Source: Okamejei kenojei (lineage: Eukaryota). From it: a stretch of DNA of 64,000 bases. The translations under genes and the position numbers were made by a program. The notes below the pieces were generated by a model. It was not told the DNA's origin. It saw only the letters and a list, made by a program, of their open reading frames with translations, and did not search any database. This document shows positions 47,020 through 59,998 of the stretch, piece by piece; position 1 is the first letter of the stretch; each line of letters starts with the position of its first letter. The DNA lies in assembly GCA_035221665.1 (NCBI GenBank), contig CM069136.1, forward strand, positions 108,562,001 to 108,626,000. The letters are read 5' to 3'.

Positions 47020-48415
47020 ACAGGAAGGCTGATTATTATCTGAATGGTGTCTAGTTAGGAAAAGGGGAAGTACAACGAGATCTGGGTGTCCTAGTACATC
47101 AGTCACTGAAAGTAAGCATGCAGGTGCAGCAGCCAGTGAAGAAAGCTCATGGCATGTTGGCCTTCATAGCAAGAAGAGTTCAGTATAGGAGCAAAGAGGT
47201 CCTTCTGCAGTTGTACAGGGCCCTGGTGAGACCACACCTGGAGTATTGTGTGCAGTTTTGGTCTCCATATTTGAGGAAGGACATTCTTACTATTGAGGGA
47301 CTGCAGCGCAGGTTCACAAGGTTAATTCCCAGGATGGCTGGACTGTCATATTGTGAGGGATAAAGTGATTAAACCCCACTATTGTAAGGGGCTTTAAAGA
47401 GGATTCAAACCGATAGGGGCCAGGGAGAGGGTTCTGACACAGCTGTGTATAAAAGTTACCAGACCCATCCTTGAGTAAGAAGTGATAGCATTGTATAGCG
47501 GTAGAAGGGAGTGATGTAGATAGCTCCCTATCAGTAGAATGGGGTGATAGATGGGACCCTTGTCACTATAGCTTAGCTTTAGTGCTGATATAGGAGGACT
47601 GAGAGAGTTCACTTGGAGGTGAGTAAAACTAGGATAGGTCATGAACAACTGAGCATGCTTAATAAAATAAATGAATATTACAACACACCCCTGGTCAAGA
47701 AACTGCTCATTGCCATGGACATGCGATGTATGATGTGGGAGGTACTGGGGGAAGTACCTACAGGTTGTCCACCTCAGTGTCTGACTGGAGCGGGTCCAAG
47801 GAGGGGAGGTTGGATGTAGAATTGTGTGTATAAAGGGGGATGACTCTTCTGACTTCGGTGTCTCTCAACTTGGAGAGGCACCCGACTCTGCAGACTCGAA
47901 AATAAAGAATCTCTTGCTTCCAAGATTTAGTCTTTGAGTTGTGATTGTGAGCACATTGCATATCTCACAATATGTTGAAAGATTGGAGCAATTGGGCTTG
48001 TGTACTGGAATTTAGAAGGATGAGAGGGTATCTTATTGAAACACATAAGATTATTAAGGGATTGGACACGCTAGAGGCAGGAAACATGTTACTGATGTTA
48101 GGGGAGTGCAGAACCAGGGGCCACAGTTTATGAATAAGGGGTAGGCCATTTAGAATGGAGATGGGGAAAAACCTTTTCATCCAGAGAGTTGTGAATCTGT
48201 GGAATTCTCTGCCTCAGAAGGGAGTGGAAGCCGATTCTCCGGATGCTTTCAAGAGAGAGTTAGATAGAGCTCTTAAAGATAGCGGAGTCAAGGGATATGG
48301 GGAGAAGCAGGAACAGAGTAATGATTGTAGATGATGAGCCATGATCACAATGAATGGCGGTGCCGGCTCAAAGGGCCAAATGGTTTATTCCTGCACCTAT
48401 TGTCTATTGTCTATT
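47020..48415 (+). mobile_element. CR1 LINE interrupted by a solo LTR
   Basis: MQVQQ.VKKA...GLSY|VERLEQLGL is continuous once 47352-47969 and one ATAT are removed. Confidence 0.92.
47352..47969 (+). mobile_element. Solo LTR (Gypsy- or ERV-type), 618 bp
   Basis: TGTGAG...CTCACA termini, 4-bp ATAT TSD (47348-51, 47970-73), TATAAA at 47829, AATAAA at 47901. Confidence 0.9.
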
Positions 48416-48532
48416 TGAACAGCAGATGCTGGTTTATAATAAAGACTCAAAGTGCTGGAACAACTCCTCACATCAGGCAGCATCTCTGGAGAACATGGAA
48501 AGGCAGTGTTACAGGTTGAGACGTTTCTTCAG

Positions 48533-48840
48533 AATGCGGTAGAGTTGCTACCTTACACCGAATGCAGCACCGGAGACCTGGGTTCGATCCCGACTACGGG
48601 TGCTGTCTGTACGGAGTTTGTACATTCTCCCCGTGACTTGAGTGGGTTTTCTCCAAGATTTTCGGTTTCCTTCCACACTTGAAACGCATACAGGTTTGTA
48701 GATTAATTGGCTTGGTAAATGTAAAAATTGTCCCTAGTGGGGTAGGGTAGTGTTAGTGTGCGAGGGTTGCTGGTCGGCACGGACCCGGTGGGCCGAAGGG
48801 CCTGATTCCGCGCTGTATCTCTAAACGAAAGTAAACTAAA
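48533..48840 (+). mobile_element. V-SINE
   Basis: GGGTTCGATCCCG B-box, V core, TAAAC tail. Confidence 0.88.
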
Positions 48841-49629
48841 ATAGTAGGTTGAAACACCACGGTGAATTGGACGTAGGCGTGGGATTAAAGAAACTCTAAT
48901 GGTGCGGGTTATAGCCTGATTGGATGAGAGTGGTGACTAGCATAAGACAAAATTCAGCAACGAAACACACTTCATGGAACCATCCACACATCTCTGAAAT
49001 TCATTCCATAAATTGGGTTATTTTTCTGAACAAATTCCATTTCATCCACATCATAAAGACTCCTTAGTGACAATGGCAGGGTAATATCAACACAAGCTTT
49101 ATTCTTAAAAAACAACATTTTGTCATGGCAGCACTTGACAATATTCATGCCCTGTTGTTAAAAGCATTTCTGTGCAAACATATTGACTCTGGAGGTTTCC
49201 AACATGTCTTGATGCTTTGACACTTTAATACGGTTCTTGGATGCTTATTAGAGAACCAGAGTACCTACTAGAATAGGCACTGTGTTAGAATACTATCCTT
49301 TCCCAAGCCAAGTATGACACACTAGGAGAGGTTGGAGGACAGGGTGCCCATTGTGCACCCATGGGTGTGTGCAGATGTCTGTACAATCAGTTGAGCCGGG
49401 AGCCTTGTTGTTTTGCTGGGAATGCCTAGCAATAGCTTCTCCATACAGGAGAGGTGATGGGGACATGCCTCTTCGCATCTAGGTAACTCGTCGTGTGTGT
49501 GTGTGTGTATGTGTGTGTGTGCATAGTTGTGAAGCAATCTGTTTAGGTAATAGAGGTCAGTGAGTTGCCCAGATCCACAGAATGGAAGCTGTGTTAAATG
49601 TACACCCACATCTTGCCCATCATTGGATG

Positions 49630-51258
49630 CAAATTAGCCGGGAAGCGGTGTTAGGTAAATTGGATGGATTAAAGGCCGATAAATCCCCAGGGCCAGATAG
49701 GCTGCATCCCAGAGTACTTAAGGAAGTAGCCCCAGAAATAGTGGATGCATTAGTGATCATTTTTCAAAACGCTTTAGATTCTGGAGTAGTTCCTGAGGAT
49801 TGGAGGGTAGCTAATGTAACCCCACTGTTTAAAAAGGGAGGGAGAGAGAAAACGGGGAATTACAGACCAGTTAGTCTAATATCGGTAGTGGGGAAAATGC
49901 TAAAGTCAGTTATTAAAGGTGGGATAGCAGCACATTTGGAAAGCGGTGAAATAATTGGACAAAGTCAGCATGGATTTATGAAAGGTAAATCATGTCTGAC
50001 GAATCTTATAGAATTTTTCGAAAATGTAACTAGTAGAGTGGATAAGTGAGAACCTGTGGATGTGTTATATCTCGACTTTCAGAAGGCTTTCAACAAGGTC
50101 CCACATAAGAGATTAGCATACAAACTTAAAGCACACGGTATTGGGGGTTCAGTGTTGATGTGGATAGAGAACTGGCTGGCAGACAGGAAGCAAAGAGTAG
50201 GAGTAAACGGGTCATTTTCAGAATGGCAGGCAGTGACTAGTGGGGTACCGCAAGGCTCAGTGCTGGGACCCCAGCTATTTACAATATATATTAATGATCT
50301 GGATGAGGGAATTGAATGCAACATCTCCAAGTTTGCGGATGACACGAAGCTGGGGGGCAGTGTTAGCTGTGAGGAGGATGCTAGGAGGTTGCAAGGTGAC
50401 TTGGGTGAGTGGGCAAATGCATGGCAGATGCAGTATAATGTAGATAAATGTGAGGTTATCCACTTTGGCGGCAAAAACAGGAGGGTAGACTATTATCTGA
50501 ATGGTGGCCGAATAGGAAAAGGGGAGATGCAACGAGACCTGGGTGTCATGGTACACCAGTCATTGAAAGTAGGCATGCAGGTGCAGCAGGCAGTGAAGAA
50601 AGCGAATGGTATGTTGGCATTCATAGCAAAAGGATTTGAGTACAAGAGCAGGGAGGTTCTACTGCAGATGTACAGAGTCTTGGTGAGGCCACACCTGGAG
50701 TATTGCATACAGTTTTGGAAATCTGATCTGATCTGAGGAAAGACATTCTTGCCATAGAGGGAGTACAGAGAAGGTTCACCAGACTGATTCCTGGGATGGC
50801 AGGACTTCCATATGAAGAAAGACTGGATAGACTCGACTTGTACTCGCTGGAATTTAGGAGATTGAGGGGGGATCTTATAGAGACTTACAAAATTCTTAAG
50901 GGGTTGGACAGGCTAGATGCAGGAAGATTGTTCCCGATGTTGGGGAACTCCAGAACAAGGGGTCACAGTTTAAGGATAAGGAGGAAGTCTTTTAGGACCG
51001 AGATGAGAAGATCTTTTTTCACACCGAGAGTGGTGAGTCTGTTGAATTCTCTGCCACAGAAGGTAGTTGAGGCCTGTTCCTTGGCTATATTTAAGATGGA
51101 GTTAGATGTGGCCCTTGTGGCTAAAGGGATCAGGGGGTATGGAGAGAAGGCAGGTACAGGCTACTGAGTTGGATGATCAGCCATGATCATATTGAATGGC
51201 GGTGCAGGCTCGAAGGGCCGCATGGCCTACACCTGCACCTATTTTCTATGATTCTATG
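49630..51258 (+). mobile_element. 5'-truncated CR1 LINE (family A), RT region
   Basis: KSPGPD, VPEDWR.ANVTP.FKKG, NYRPVSL, QHGF, YLDF.KAF.KVPH, KFADD; one stop and one frameshift. Confidence 0.96.
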
Positions 51259-51399
51259 AAAACCACTAATATCAGTTATTTCAGTAGATTAAAAAAAAGC
51301 ATAATCGTGCAGCAGTTAGTGCTGTTGCCCTCATCCCTCCATGAAATGGGTTTTCTCCTGATCTCGAGTGTTGTCTATGCAAAGTTCAATCCGTGACGA

Positions 51400-52155
51400 C
51401 ATGTGGGGGGTTGGGCGGGGGGGGGTCGTGGGAGCAGGGGAATGTGGGGTAGGGGGGTTGTGGTGGTGGAGGGGGGAGTATGGGGGTAGGGGTTGTGGGG
51501 GTGGAGGGGTGAATGTGGGGAGGGGGTTGTGGGGGCAGGGAGGTTGTGGGATTGGAAGGGGGTATGTGTGGGAGGGGTGGAGGAGGGAATGTAGGGGGGG
51601 GTGGAGTAGGGAATGTGGGGAGGGGTGTTGTGTGGGTGGCGGAGAATGTGGGGGAGGGGTGGAGGAGGGAATGTGGGGGAGGGGTGGAGGGGGAATGTGG
51701 GGGAAGGGGTGTTGTGTGGGTGGAGTGGGGAATGTGGGGGAGAAGGGATGTGGGGGCCAGGGGGATTGTGGAGGTGTGGGGGGAAGGATTGTGGGGGCAG
51801 GGGATTATGGCGGTGTGGTGGAGGGGGGAATGTGGGGGAGGGGGGTTGTGGGGGCCGGGGGATTGTGAGGGGTTTGTGGGGGAGGCAGGTTGTGGGGGAT
51901 GGGGTTGTGGGGGAGGGTGATTGTGGGGGCAGGGGTGTGTGTGGACGGCGGGGTGTGGGGATGTGGGCAGGGGGGGCTTTTGTGGGGAAGGGGTGTGTGG
52001 TGGGTGGGGTGTGTGGGGGGAGGGGTGTGTGGGCGGGTGGTTTTCTGTGAGGGGAGAGGGGTGTATGGGCGGGGGGAGTTGTGCAGAGGAAGAGGGTGTG
52101 TGGGCGGGGGGAGTTGGTGGGGGGGAGAGAGCAGTGTGTGGGCCGGGGGGGTATG
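51400..52155 (+). repeat. G/T-rich low-complexity tract (TGTGGGGG units)
   Basis: Dense G-runs. Confidence 0.95.
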
Positions 52156-52268
52156 AGCTCGGAGAAAAGACAGGGGAAGAGCCATGGTGTCGCTGGTCGC
52201 TGGTCTTCTCCTCCACCGGGCTCAGAGTCTCCGCTTTCCATTTGGTGACATCGGCGACATCTCTGACT

Positions 52269-52678
52269 CCAGGCTGGGCTGGGTCTCCGACACTGGGCTG
52301 GGCTGGGTCTCCGACACTGGGCTGGGCTGGGTCTCCGACACTGGGCTGGGCTGGGTCTCCGACACTGGGCTGGGTCTCCGACACTGGGCTGGGCTGGGTC
52401 TCCGACACTGGGCTGGGCTGGGTCTCCGACACTGGGCTGGGCTGGGTCTCCGACACTGGGCTGGGCTGGGTCTACGACTCTGGGCTGGGCTGGGTCTGAC
52501 ACTGGGTCTCGACACTGGGCTGGGTCTTTCCGGGCTGGGCTGGGTCGGGGCTGGGTCTGGGCACTGGGGGGCTGGGTCTCCGACACTGGGCTGGGCTGGG
52601 TCTCCGACACTGGGCTGGGCTGGGTCTACGACTCTGGGCTGGGCTGGGTTTCCCAAGCTGGGCTGGGCTGGGTCGGGT
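52269..52678. repeat. Minisatellite, 24-bp unit CTGGGCTGGGCTGGGTCTCCGACA
   Basis: Roughly 17 copies, with variable numbers of CTGGG subunits. Confidence 0.95.
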
Positions 52679-55089
52679 CACCAACGCTGGGCTGCTGCTG
52701 GGGCAGGGCAGCTGCTGGGGGCGGGGCTGCTGCTTGGGGCAGAGCGGGGCAGGGCTGCTTGGGGCTGGGCTGAGCTGAGCTGCTTTGGGTTCCTCTGAAA
52801 GTCCGGTTCGAAACCTCTGCCGGCACCCTCAGCTCCAGTAAAGACACAATGGCGCAGGAAGGGGTGGACCGTCCCAGGGAGTTACAGGGGAAGACACTAA
52901 TCCACGCGGCACTGATAAGCAGGAGAATAGATCGATCTGCACACGCGGGTTTTTTAAAGATTTTTCAACCTCGCTAACTTTTAGAACATTCAACTGATCA
53001 GAACGAAACTTGGTATAGTCGCAGCACAGGAGAGCAGTGAGTGAACTGGTAGAGAATCGTAGCGCTATCGCAAGCCGTTTTTGTGCAAATAGAAAGACCG
53101 CCAAACCGGAAGATAACAAGATCAGAGTTTTACTTATGTATTGATGGATAGATATAGAGATAAGATGTTATTGGGTTACAGGGCAAATAGAGGAGGAATG
53201 GGACTGATGGGATTGCTCTGTAGCCAGCCAGACAGATTGGAGTGGCCACCCTCTCCGTTATAATCTGTACACTAAAAGACCCACAAGAACACACATGGTC
53301 ACAAATGCACACATACATGGCCATGTATGCACACGTGCACAGACATGCACACGTATGCACAATCACATACACATACAGAAACATTACCACCAATTTTTAA
53401 AGATTTAAACATATCCTGACACGTTCTGATCTTGTTCTTTGCATGAATTATGCATTTTGGGCTCTCTAACAATTTTGTCGTTTCCTTTGAGTTAGTTAGA
53501 AAATATTTGTGACTGTTCTTTCTGGGAGAACTGATTCTCACAAAGTATATTTTAAAGTAAAGTTAGATCAATTGTAATTGGTTTGCCTGTCCACCCTTTA
53601 GGTTGACAGCTGCTGTCTGATCAATGTATAGTGTTATGTGTTTGGTACTTCATTGCAGTGATCAGTGACACTGAATACTGCAAATGTTTTGGAAAGGCAC
53701 AATATATCACTGAGAAACTAATAAAACGGATTAGCTCAAGTTATTGCCGAATCTTCAAAGTGACTTTTAAAAAGGAATAATTCATAATGCTCACTAATAC
53801 CAAATCCCCAAGTTTAGCCATCAATGTGCCATTTCAAAAGGTAAATGCAGCTAAGATCTCTTAAAATGTCAATTCTTTCTCCCCATAGGAAAAATAAAAG
53901 CAAACCTACACTATGTTGCATCTAATCTCCTCCCTCAGGAGGACCCATAATGGTCCAATGAATCACTTCAGAAATGCAGTGACCTTTGCTTTGGATGGTG
54001 GACATCATTAAACAAGGGTTCTGATTCTTTGATTTTTATCTTCAAGTATGAGCCACTGCTAAAAGAATAGGGCGACTTGCATGAAAGGAGAATGGTAAAG
54101 GACCTTAAGTGGACTGGAGATTATACTATCTGATACAGGAGTGTGGAAGGTCTTGATGCATAGGGTCATAAGTAATAGGAGTAGAATTAGGCCATTCGGC
54201 CCATCAAGTCTACTCCGCCATTCAATCATGGCTAATCTATCTCTCCCTCCTAACCCCATTCTCCTGCCTTCTCCCCATAACCTCAAGGCTACAGAGCAAT
54301 CCCAACTCTAGGCTCAAAACGGGAGCATGTTGACCAACAATGGGAAGGAAGAATTACTTACACTTTAAAAAAATCTTTCTGAACATCTAAAGCATTTGCC
54401 TGGCACCGTGACACAGCAGTTAATGCTACTGCCTCACAAATCCAACAGTACAAATTTTAATGAGTTTGCCCATTTTTCCTGCCACTGCTTAGGTGCTCCA
54501 ATTTCCCCCAACATCCCATAGATGTTCTGACTGGCAGATCAATTGATTGCTCCAAGAGTCAGCAGGTGGAGAGTTGAGCGGCAGTTTAGAATAGGTTACA
54601 GGAAAAGAGTAGGGGATGGGATGGGATTACACAAAGAGATGGCATCGACTTGATGGTCTGAATGGCTTACTTCTATGTCATGAGAAATACATGATATTAA
54701 TTGTGGAAATAACTTACAAGGTATCAGCGGAGACAGTGTTCCATTGTAGCATTGAAAGTGAGCAGGATAAATATATAAAAATATATAAAATAAATAAATC
54801 AATTTAAGGGGCTATTGGTAAGAGGATGGTTGGGATGGGTAGCAATTAGGAGTGGCTGAATTGGTCTTGCATAGAGCTAGCACATCCTCGATGGACAATT
54901 GGTCTTGAAGGGCCAAGAGGCCTACTCATGCTCTTATTTTCTTGTGTGCTTATGGTATGTTATTTAAATCGCCTTACTCTGCCACTGATGCCTTAAGTTA
55001 CAGCCTTTTTACATGATCTTTGCACATTTAGTAAAGGGCTAGGGAAATCTTTTCAAATGTGAAAATTGATTAGCAGACAAGGTTGATAA

Positions 55090-55205
55090 TGAAGATAGAC
55101 AAAAAATGTTGGAGTAACTCAGCAGGTTAGGCAACATCTCTGGAGAAAAGAAATAGGTGACGTTTCGGAACAAGTCCTTTCTTCAGACTGAGCGTCAGGG
55201 GAAAG
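55090..55205 (-). mobile_element. Penelope pLTR fragment
   Basis: Reverse hammerhead-like core 55159-55186. Confidence 0.7.
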
Positions 55206-55371
55206 GGGCCGGTCTGGTTGCACTGAGGTAGGACATCTCTAAATGGGTCCTTTTGTTTTCAGCATCACTATTAAGCATATTACTGAAAATGATGGCTGGT
55301 CTCCCATGGTTAGCACTACTTTGGTAGCCACCTACAGATGAGGATAGCTTGGAGGTTTAGAAGATAACACG

Positions 55372-55692
55372 GGGGTGGCACAGTGGCAGAGCGGAAGAGT
55401 TGCTGCTTCACAGCGCCAGAGACATGGTTTTGATTCTGATTAAAAGTGCTGTCTGTACGAAATGCGTACGTCCTCCCTGCGACCATGTGGGAGGCCCTAG
55501 GGACAAATTTGGATGATCCGGCTTCCTCCCATATACCAAAGACATGCAGGATTTTAGGTTAAATGGCTCCTGTAAATTTGTCCATCGTGTGCAGGATAGA
55601 ACTAGAGTATGGGTGATCGCTGGTCGGCGTGGATTTGTGGATCCAAGGGCCTGTTTCCACGCTGCATCTCTAAAACTAAACTAAAACTGAAA
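55372..55692 (+). mobile_element. V-SINE
   Basis: GGGGTGGCACAGTGGCAGAGCGG head through (TAAAAC)n tail. Confidence 0.85.
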
Positions 55693-56334
55693 ATAGAGTC
55701 ATGGAGTTATACGGCACAGAAACAGGCCCAGTGGCTCAACTTGTCCCTGCAGACTAGGTTGCCTAGCTGAGCTAATCCTATTTGCCTGCAATTGACTCGT
55801 ATCCCTTTGGCAGAAACAGTTAGATTAGAGTCTGGAATCATAGAAACACAAAGCTGTGAAAACTTGAAGTGATTTAGAAAGAAGCAGTGGGATAATGGGG
55901 AAGGTAAACGAGTGAGAAGGAATCATGAAAGAAATGCCGAGAAAAACAATTGGAGAGATAAGAAGTGGGATGGAAAGTAAAATTGAAGATTTTGACATTA
56001 AAAAAATCTTTGACATTTTACTAGATGGATGGTTAAAGTTCTGATGATTAATTGGTTCTCTTTCTGGGCTGTTGAGGCTGATTGCTATTGCATTAACAAT
56101 GATCTTTATTAAATCAGACTTATAATGTTCAATTCTAACCTAAGCTTCTTGTTGTGAGTTTATAGTAGTTAAAATAGAAATCAAGCAAGTTGCTAAAAAT
56201 AGAAGGAAGGTCATTTGCGTAACTTGGAAGATGTCATTTAGGCGAGAATAAACTGGATTATATGTGTAAAAAGCATTGGGTAAACCACATCTGGAGCATT
56301 GCAAATTGTTTTAGTCACCACATCTGTGAAAGGA

Positions 56335-56720
56335 CATAGAAACATAGAAACATAGGAAATAGGTACAGGAGTAGGCCATTTGGCCCTTCGAGCCTGCACC
56401 GCCATTCAATATGATCATGGCTGATCATCCAACTCAGTATCCCGAACCTGCCTTCTCTCCATACCCCCTGATCCCCTTAGCTACAAGGGCCACATCGAAC
56501 TCCCTCTTAAATATAGCCAATGAACTGGCCTCAACTACCTTCTGTGGCAGATAATTCCAGAGACTCACCACTCTCTGTGTGAAAAATGTTTTCCTCATCT
56601 CGGTCCTAAAGGAATTCCCCCTTATCCTTAGACTGTGACCCCTTGTTCTGGACCTCCCCAACATCGGGAACAATCTTCCTGCATCTAGCCTGTCCAACCC
56701 CTTAAGAATTTTGTAAGTGG
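56335..56720 (-). mobile_element. CR1 family A 3' fragment
   Basis: TYKILKGLDRLDAGRLFPMLG.SRTRGHSL. Confidence 0.92.
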
Positions 56721-57260
56721 ACATATTTGTCTTCAATGAATTAAAGCATTGGTTTACCAGAATGATGTTTGGACTTCAGAGTTTAACAGAGAGAATCCAC
56801 AGGCAGGAATTGTAAACCACGGAATTTTGATTAAGTGATGATTTGGTTGAATCTTTTACAATATTAGTAGAGGACAGAGATGGAACCTATGAACCAGGAC
56901 ACGATATGAAGGTTAATGTCAGGCCATTTAAGAGTGATATACAAACAGGACAGATAGGAATCATTTAGTAGATCTGTCAGCATCTGTGTTAAAGTTCCAG
57001 GGCACATGCTCCAGCATTTGCAATTTTTATCTGGCTCACATGAGTGAAGTTGAGAAAAAATTCTACACTCAAATATGATGGAGATGTGGTGCTCTCTGCA
57101 GCAACAGATAGTAATTGGTGTGTCTGAGAATGACGTATTTTTGTTAATGAAAGTCGTCGAGGTAGAAATGCATTGTGTGATGTCAGAGATCATCCTTTAT
57201 CTCATTGAATGGTGAAACAAGCTGAAGGGACGGTATGGCCTCCTCCTAATTTTACTATTA

Positions 57261-58670
57261 TTGTCATTAGAAACGGGAATGGTGCCGGAGGATTGGCGTA
57301 CTGCGCATGTTGTTCCATTGTTTAAAAAGGGTTCAAAGAATAAACCTAGCAATTATAGACCTATTAGTTTGACGTCAGTGGTGGGCAAATTAATGGAAAG
57401 GATACTTAGAGATAATATATATAAGCATCTGGATAAACAGGGTCTGATCAGGAACAGTCAACATGGATTTGTGCCTGGAAGTTCATGTTTGACAAACCTT
57501 CTTGAATTTTTTGAAGCGGTAACTAGGGAAATTGATGAGGGTAAAGCAGTGGATGTTGTCGATATGGATTTCAGTAAGGCCTTTGACAAGGTTCCCCATG
57601 GAAGGTTGGTTAAGAAGGTTCAATCTTTGGGTGTTAATGGCGGAGTAGCAAGATGGATTCAACAGTGGCTGAATGGGAGATGTCAGAGAGTAATGGTGGA
57701 TGGCTGTTTGTCAGGTTGGAAGCCGGTGACCAGTGGGGTGCCTCAGGGATCTGTGTTGGGTCCACTGTTGTTTGTCATGTACATCAATGATCTGGATGAT
57801 GGGGTGGAAAATTGGATAAGTAAGTATGCAGATGATACTAAGATAGGTGGTGTTGTGGATAATGAAGTAGATTTTCAAAGTCTACAGAGAGATTTGGGCC
57901 ATTTGGAAAAGTGGGCTGAAAGATGGCAGATGGAGTTTAATGCTGTTAAGTGTGAAGTGCTACATCTTGGCAGGACAAATCAAAATAGGACGTACATGGT
58001 AAATGGTAGGGAATTGAGGAATGCTGTGGAACAGAGGGATCTCGGAATAACTGTGCATAGTTCCCTGAAGGTGGAATTGCATGTAGATAGGGTGGTAAAG
58101 AAAGCCTTTGGTGTGCTGGCCTTTATAAATCAGAGCATTGAATATAGGGGTAGGGAAGTAATGTTAAAATTGTACAAGGCATTGGTAAGACCAATTCTGG
58201 AGTATGGTGTACAATTTTGGTCGCCTAATTATAGGAAGGATGTCAACAAAATAGAGAGAGTACAGAGGAGATTTACTAGAATGTTGCCAGGGTTCCAGCA
58301 ACTATGTTACAGAGAAAGGTTGAACAAGTTAGGTCTTTATTCTTTGGAGCGCAGAAGGTTAAGGGGGGACTTATTAATTGAGGTCTTTAAAATGATGAAA
58401 GGGATAGACAGAGTTGACGTGATACGTTTTTTTCCATTGAGGGTAGGGAAGATTCAAACAAGAGGGCATGACATGAGAATTAAGGGACAGAAGTTTAAGG
58501 GTAACGTGAGGGGGAACTTCTTTACTCAGAGGGTGGTGGCTGTGTGGAATGAGCTTCCAGCAGAAGTGGTGGAGGCAGGATCGATTTTAACATTTAAAAG
58601 TAAAGTGGATAGGTATATGGACGTGAAGGGAATGGAGGGGTATGGTCTGAGTGCAGGTAGATGGGACTAG
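57261..58670 (+). pseudogene. CR1 ORF2 reverse-transcriptase portion (469 codons, no endonuclease, no true start)
   Basis: [49 protein letters not shown]. Confidence 0.93.
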
Positions 58671-58752
58671 GGGAAAACAAATGGTCGGCACGGACTGGAA
58701 GGGCCGAGAGGGCCTGTTTCCGTGCTGTAATTGTTATATGGTTATATGGTTA
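57265..58752 (+). mobile_element. Young 5'-truncated CR1 LINE (family B)
   Basis: Uninterrupted RT frame to the stop at 58670, then UTR and (TTATATGG)n. Confidence 0.96.
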
Positions 58753-58829
58753 TTAGTCCATTGTTTCATCATCAGCTGATTCCTGAGAACTAAAGCCTCC
58801 CTATGCTGAACTTTTCAACTTTTCTAGAT

Positions 58830-59112
58830 ACTGCGCGGAAACAGGCCCTTCTGCCTACCGAGTGCGCGCCGACCAGCGATCATACACTATCCTACACACT
58901 AGGGACATTTTACAGTTTTTACTGAAGCCAATTAACCAACAAACCTGTGTATCTTTGGAGTGTGGGAGGAAACTGGTGCACCCGGAGAATACCAACGCGG
59001 GCACAGGGAGAATGCAAAACTCCGTACGGACAGCGCCCATAGTCAGCTGACGCTGTAAGGCAGCAACTCTACCCTTGTGCCACTATGGTGCCCCTGTTGT
59101 GCCACTGTGCCA
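58830..59112 (-). mobile_element. V-SINE
   Basis: Same core as 21765-22063. Confidence 0.85.
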
Positions 59113-59339
59113 CAGCAGGAGCGCCAACTTGCAAGATGAATTAATCGGATTGATCTGCGGGATGACAGGTTTGCCATAGGAGGAGAGATTCTATTAGGCT
59201 CTATTGGTTTAGAAGAGAGTCCATCTCATAGAAATTCAGTTGGAAGAGATCTCATTGAAATTTACAAAATTCCTCTGGGCTCAATAGGTTAGATGCAGTG
59301 GTGAGGCAAGTGGTATTTGAATTGAATTGAATTAAATTA

Positions 59340-59875
59340 AATTGAAAGATACATCATGGAAACAGGCCCTTCAGCTTAATGACTCCATGCCAATCATGAG
59401 ACATTTTTCACACAGAGAGTGGTGAGTGTCTGGAATTCTCTGCCACAGAAGGTAGTTGAGGCCAGTTCGTTGGCTATATTTAAGAGGGAGTTAGATGTGG
59501 CCCTTTTGGCTAGAGGGATCAGGGGGTATGGAGACAAGGCAGGTACAGGGATACTGAGTTGGATGATCAGCCATGATCATATTGAATGGCGGTGCAGGCT
59601 CGAAGGGTCAAATGGCCTACTCCTGCACCTATTTTCTATGTTTCTATATAACCATCAATCACTTGTTCAAACTAGTCCTATGCTATCCAATTTCCGTATC
59701 CACTCCTTCAAACAATGGGCAATTTTGCAGAGATGGATTAACCTATTAACCCACATGTTTTATGGATGTGGCAGGAATTCAGAACACCTGGAGGAAGCCC
59801 ACATGGTCACAGGTAGAATGTGCAAACTCTACACAGACAGCATGTGAGGCAACAGGTCTACCAGCGGCTTCCACT
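59340..59875 (-). mobile_element. V-SINE split by a plus-strand CR1 family A 3' fragment (59398-59650)
   Basis: SINE tail 59340-59395 resumes at ~59650; insert has QRVVS.WNSLPQKVVEA and TTTCTATG tail. Confidence 0.8.
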
Positions 59876-59906
59876 GTGAGCTTTCTCATGGCTTAAACTA
59901 GGGATT

Positions 59907-59998
59907 ACTAGGGGAAAACAAATGGTCGGCATGGACTGGAAGGGCCGAGAGGGCCTGTTTCCGTGCTGTAATTGTTATATGGTTATATGGTTATATGG
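59907..59998 (+). mobile_element. CR1 family B tail-only insertion
   Basis: Near-identical to 58666-58750. Confidence 0.88.

Larger units (their letters stand above)
51392..53144 (-). mobile_element. Non-autonomous Helitron-like element C (3' end missing) with G-rich and minisatellite cargo
   Basis: Minus strand starts TCAATACATAAGTAAAACTCTG, similar to the Helitron B 5' end; same layout (G-rich tract then conserved arm). Confidence 0.6.

Noticed and set aside
48533-48610. tRNA genes at SINE heads (also ~55372 and ~29750)
   Set aside because: Only A/B-box-like remnants, no complete cloverleaf, and they continue into SINE bodies
50079-50708. Antisense ORFs over CR1 copies (also 8244-8648 and 42265-42790)
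   Set aside because: Recurrent shadow frames of CR1 ORF2 with no independent evidence
51368-52847. 411-aa and 356-aa mucin/extensin-like ORFs
   Set aside because: Translations of a G-rich tract and a 24-bp minisatellite
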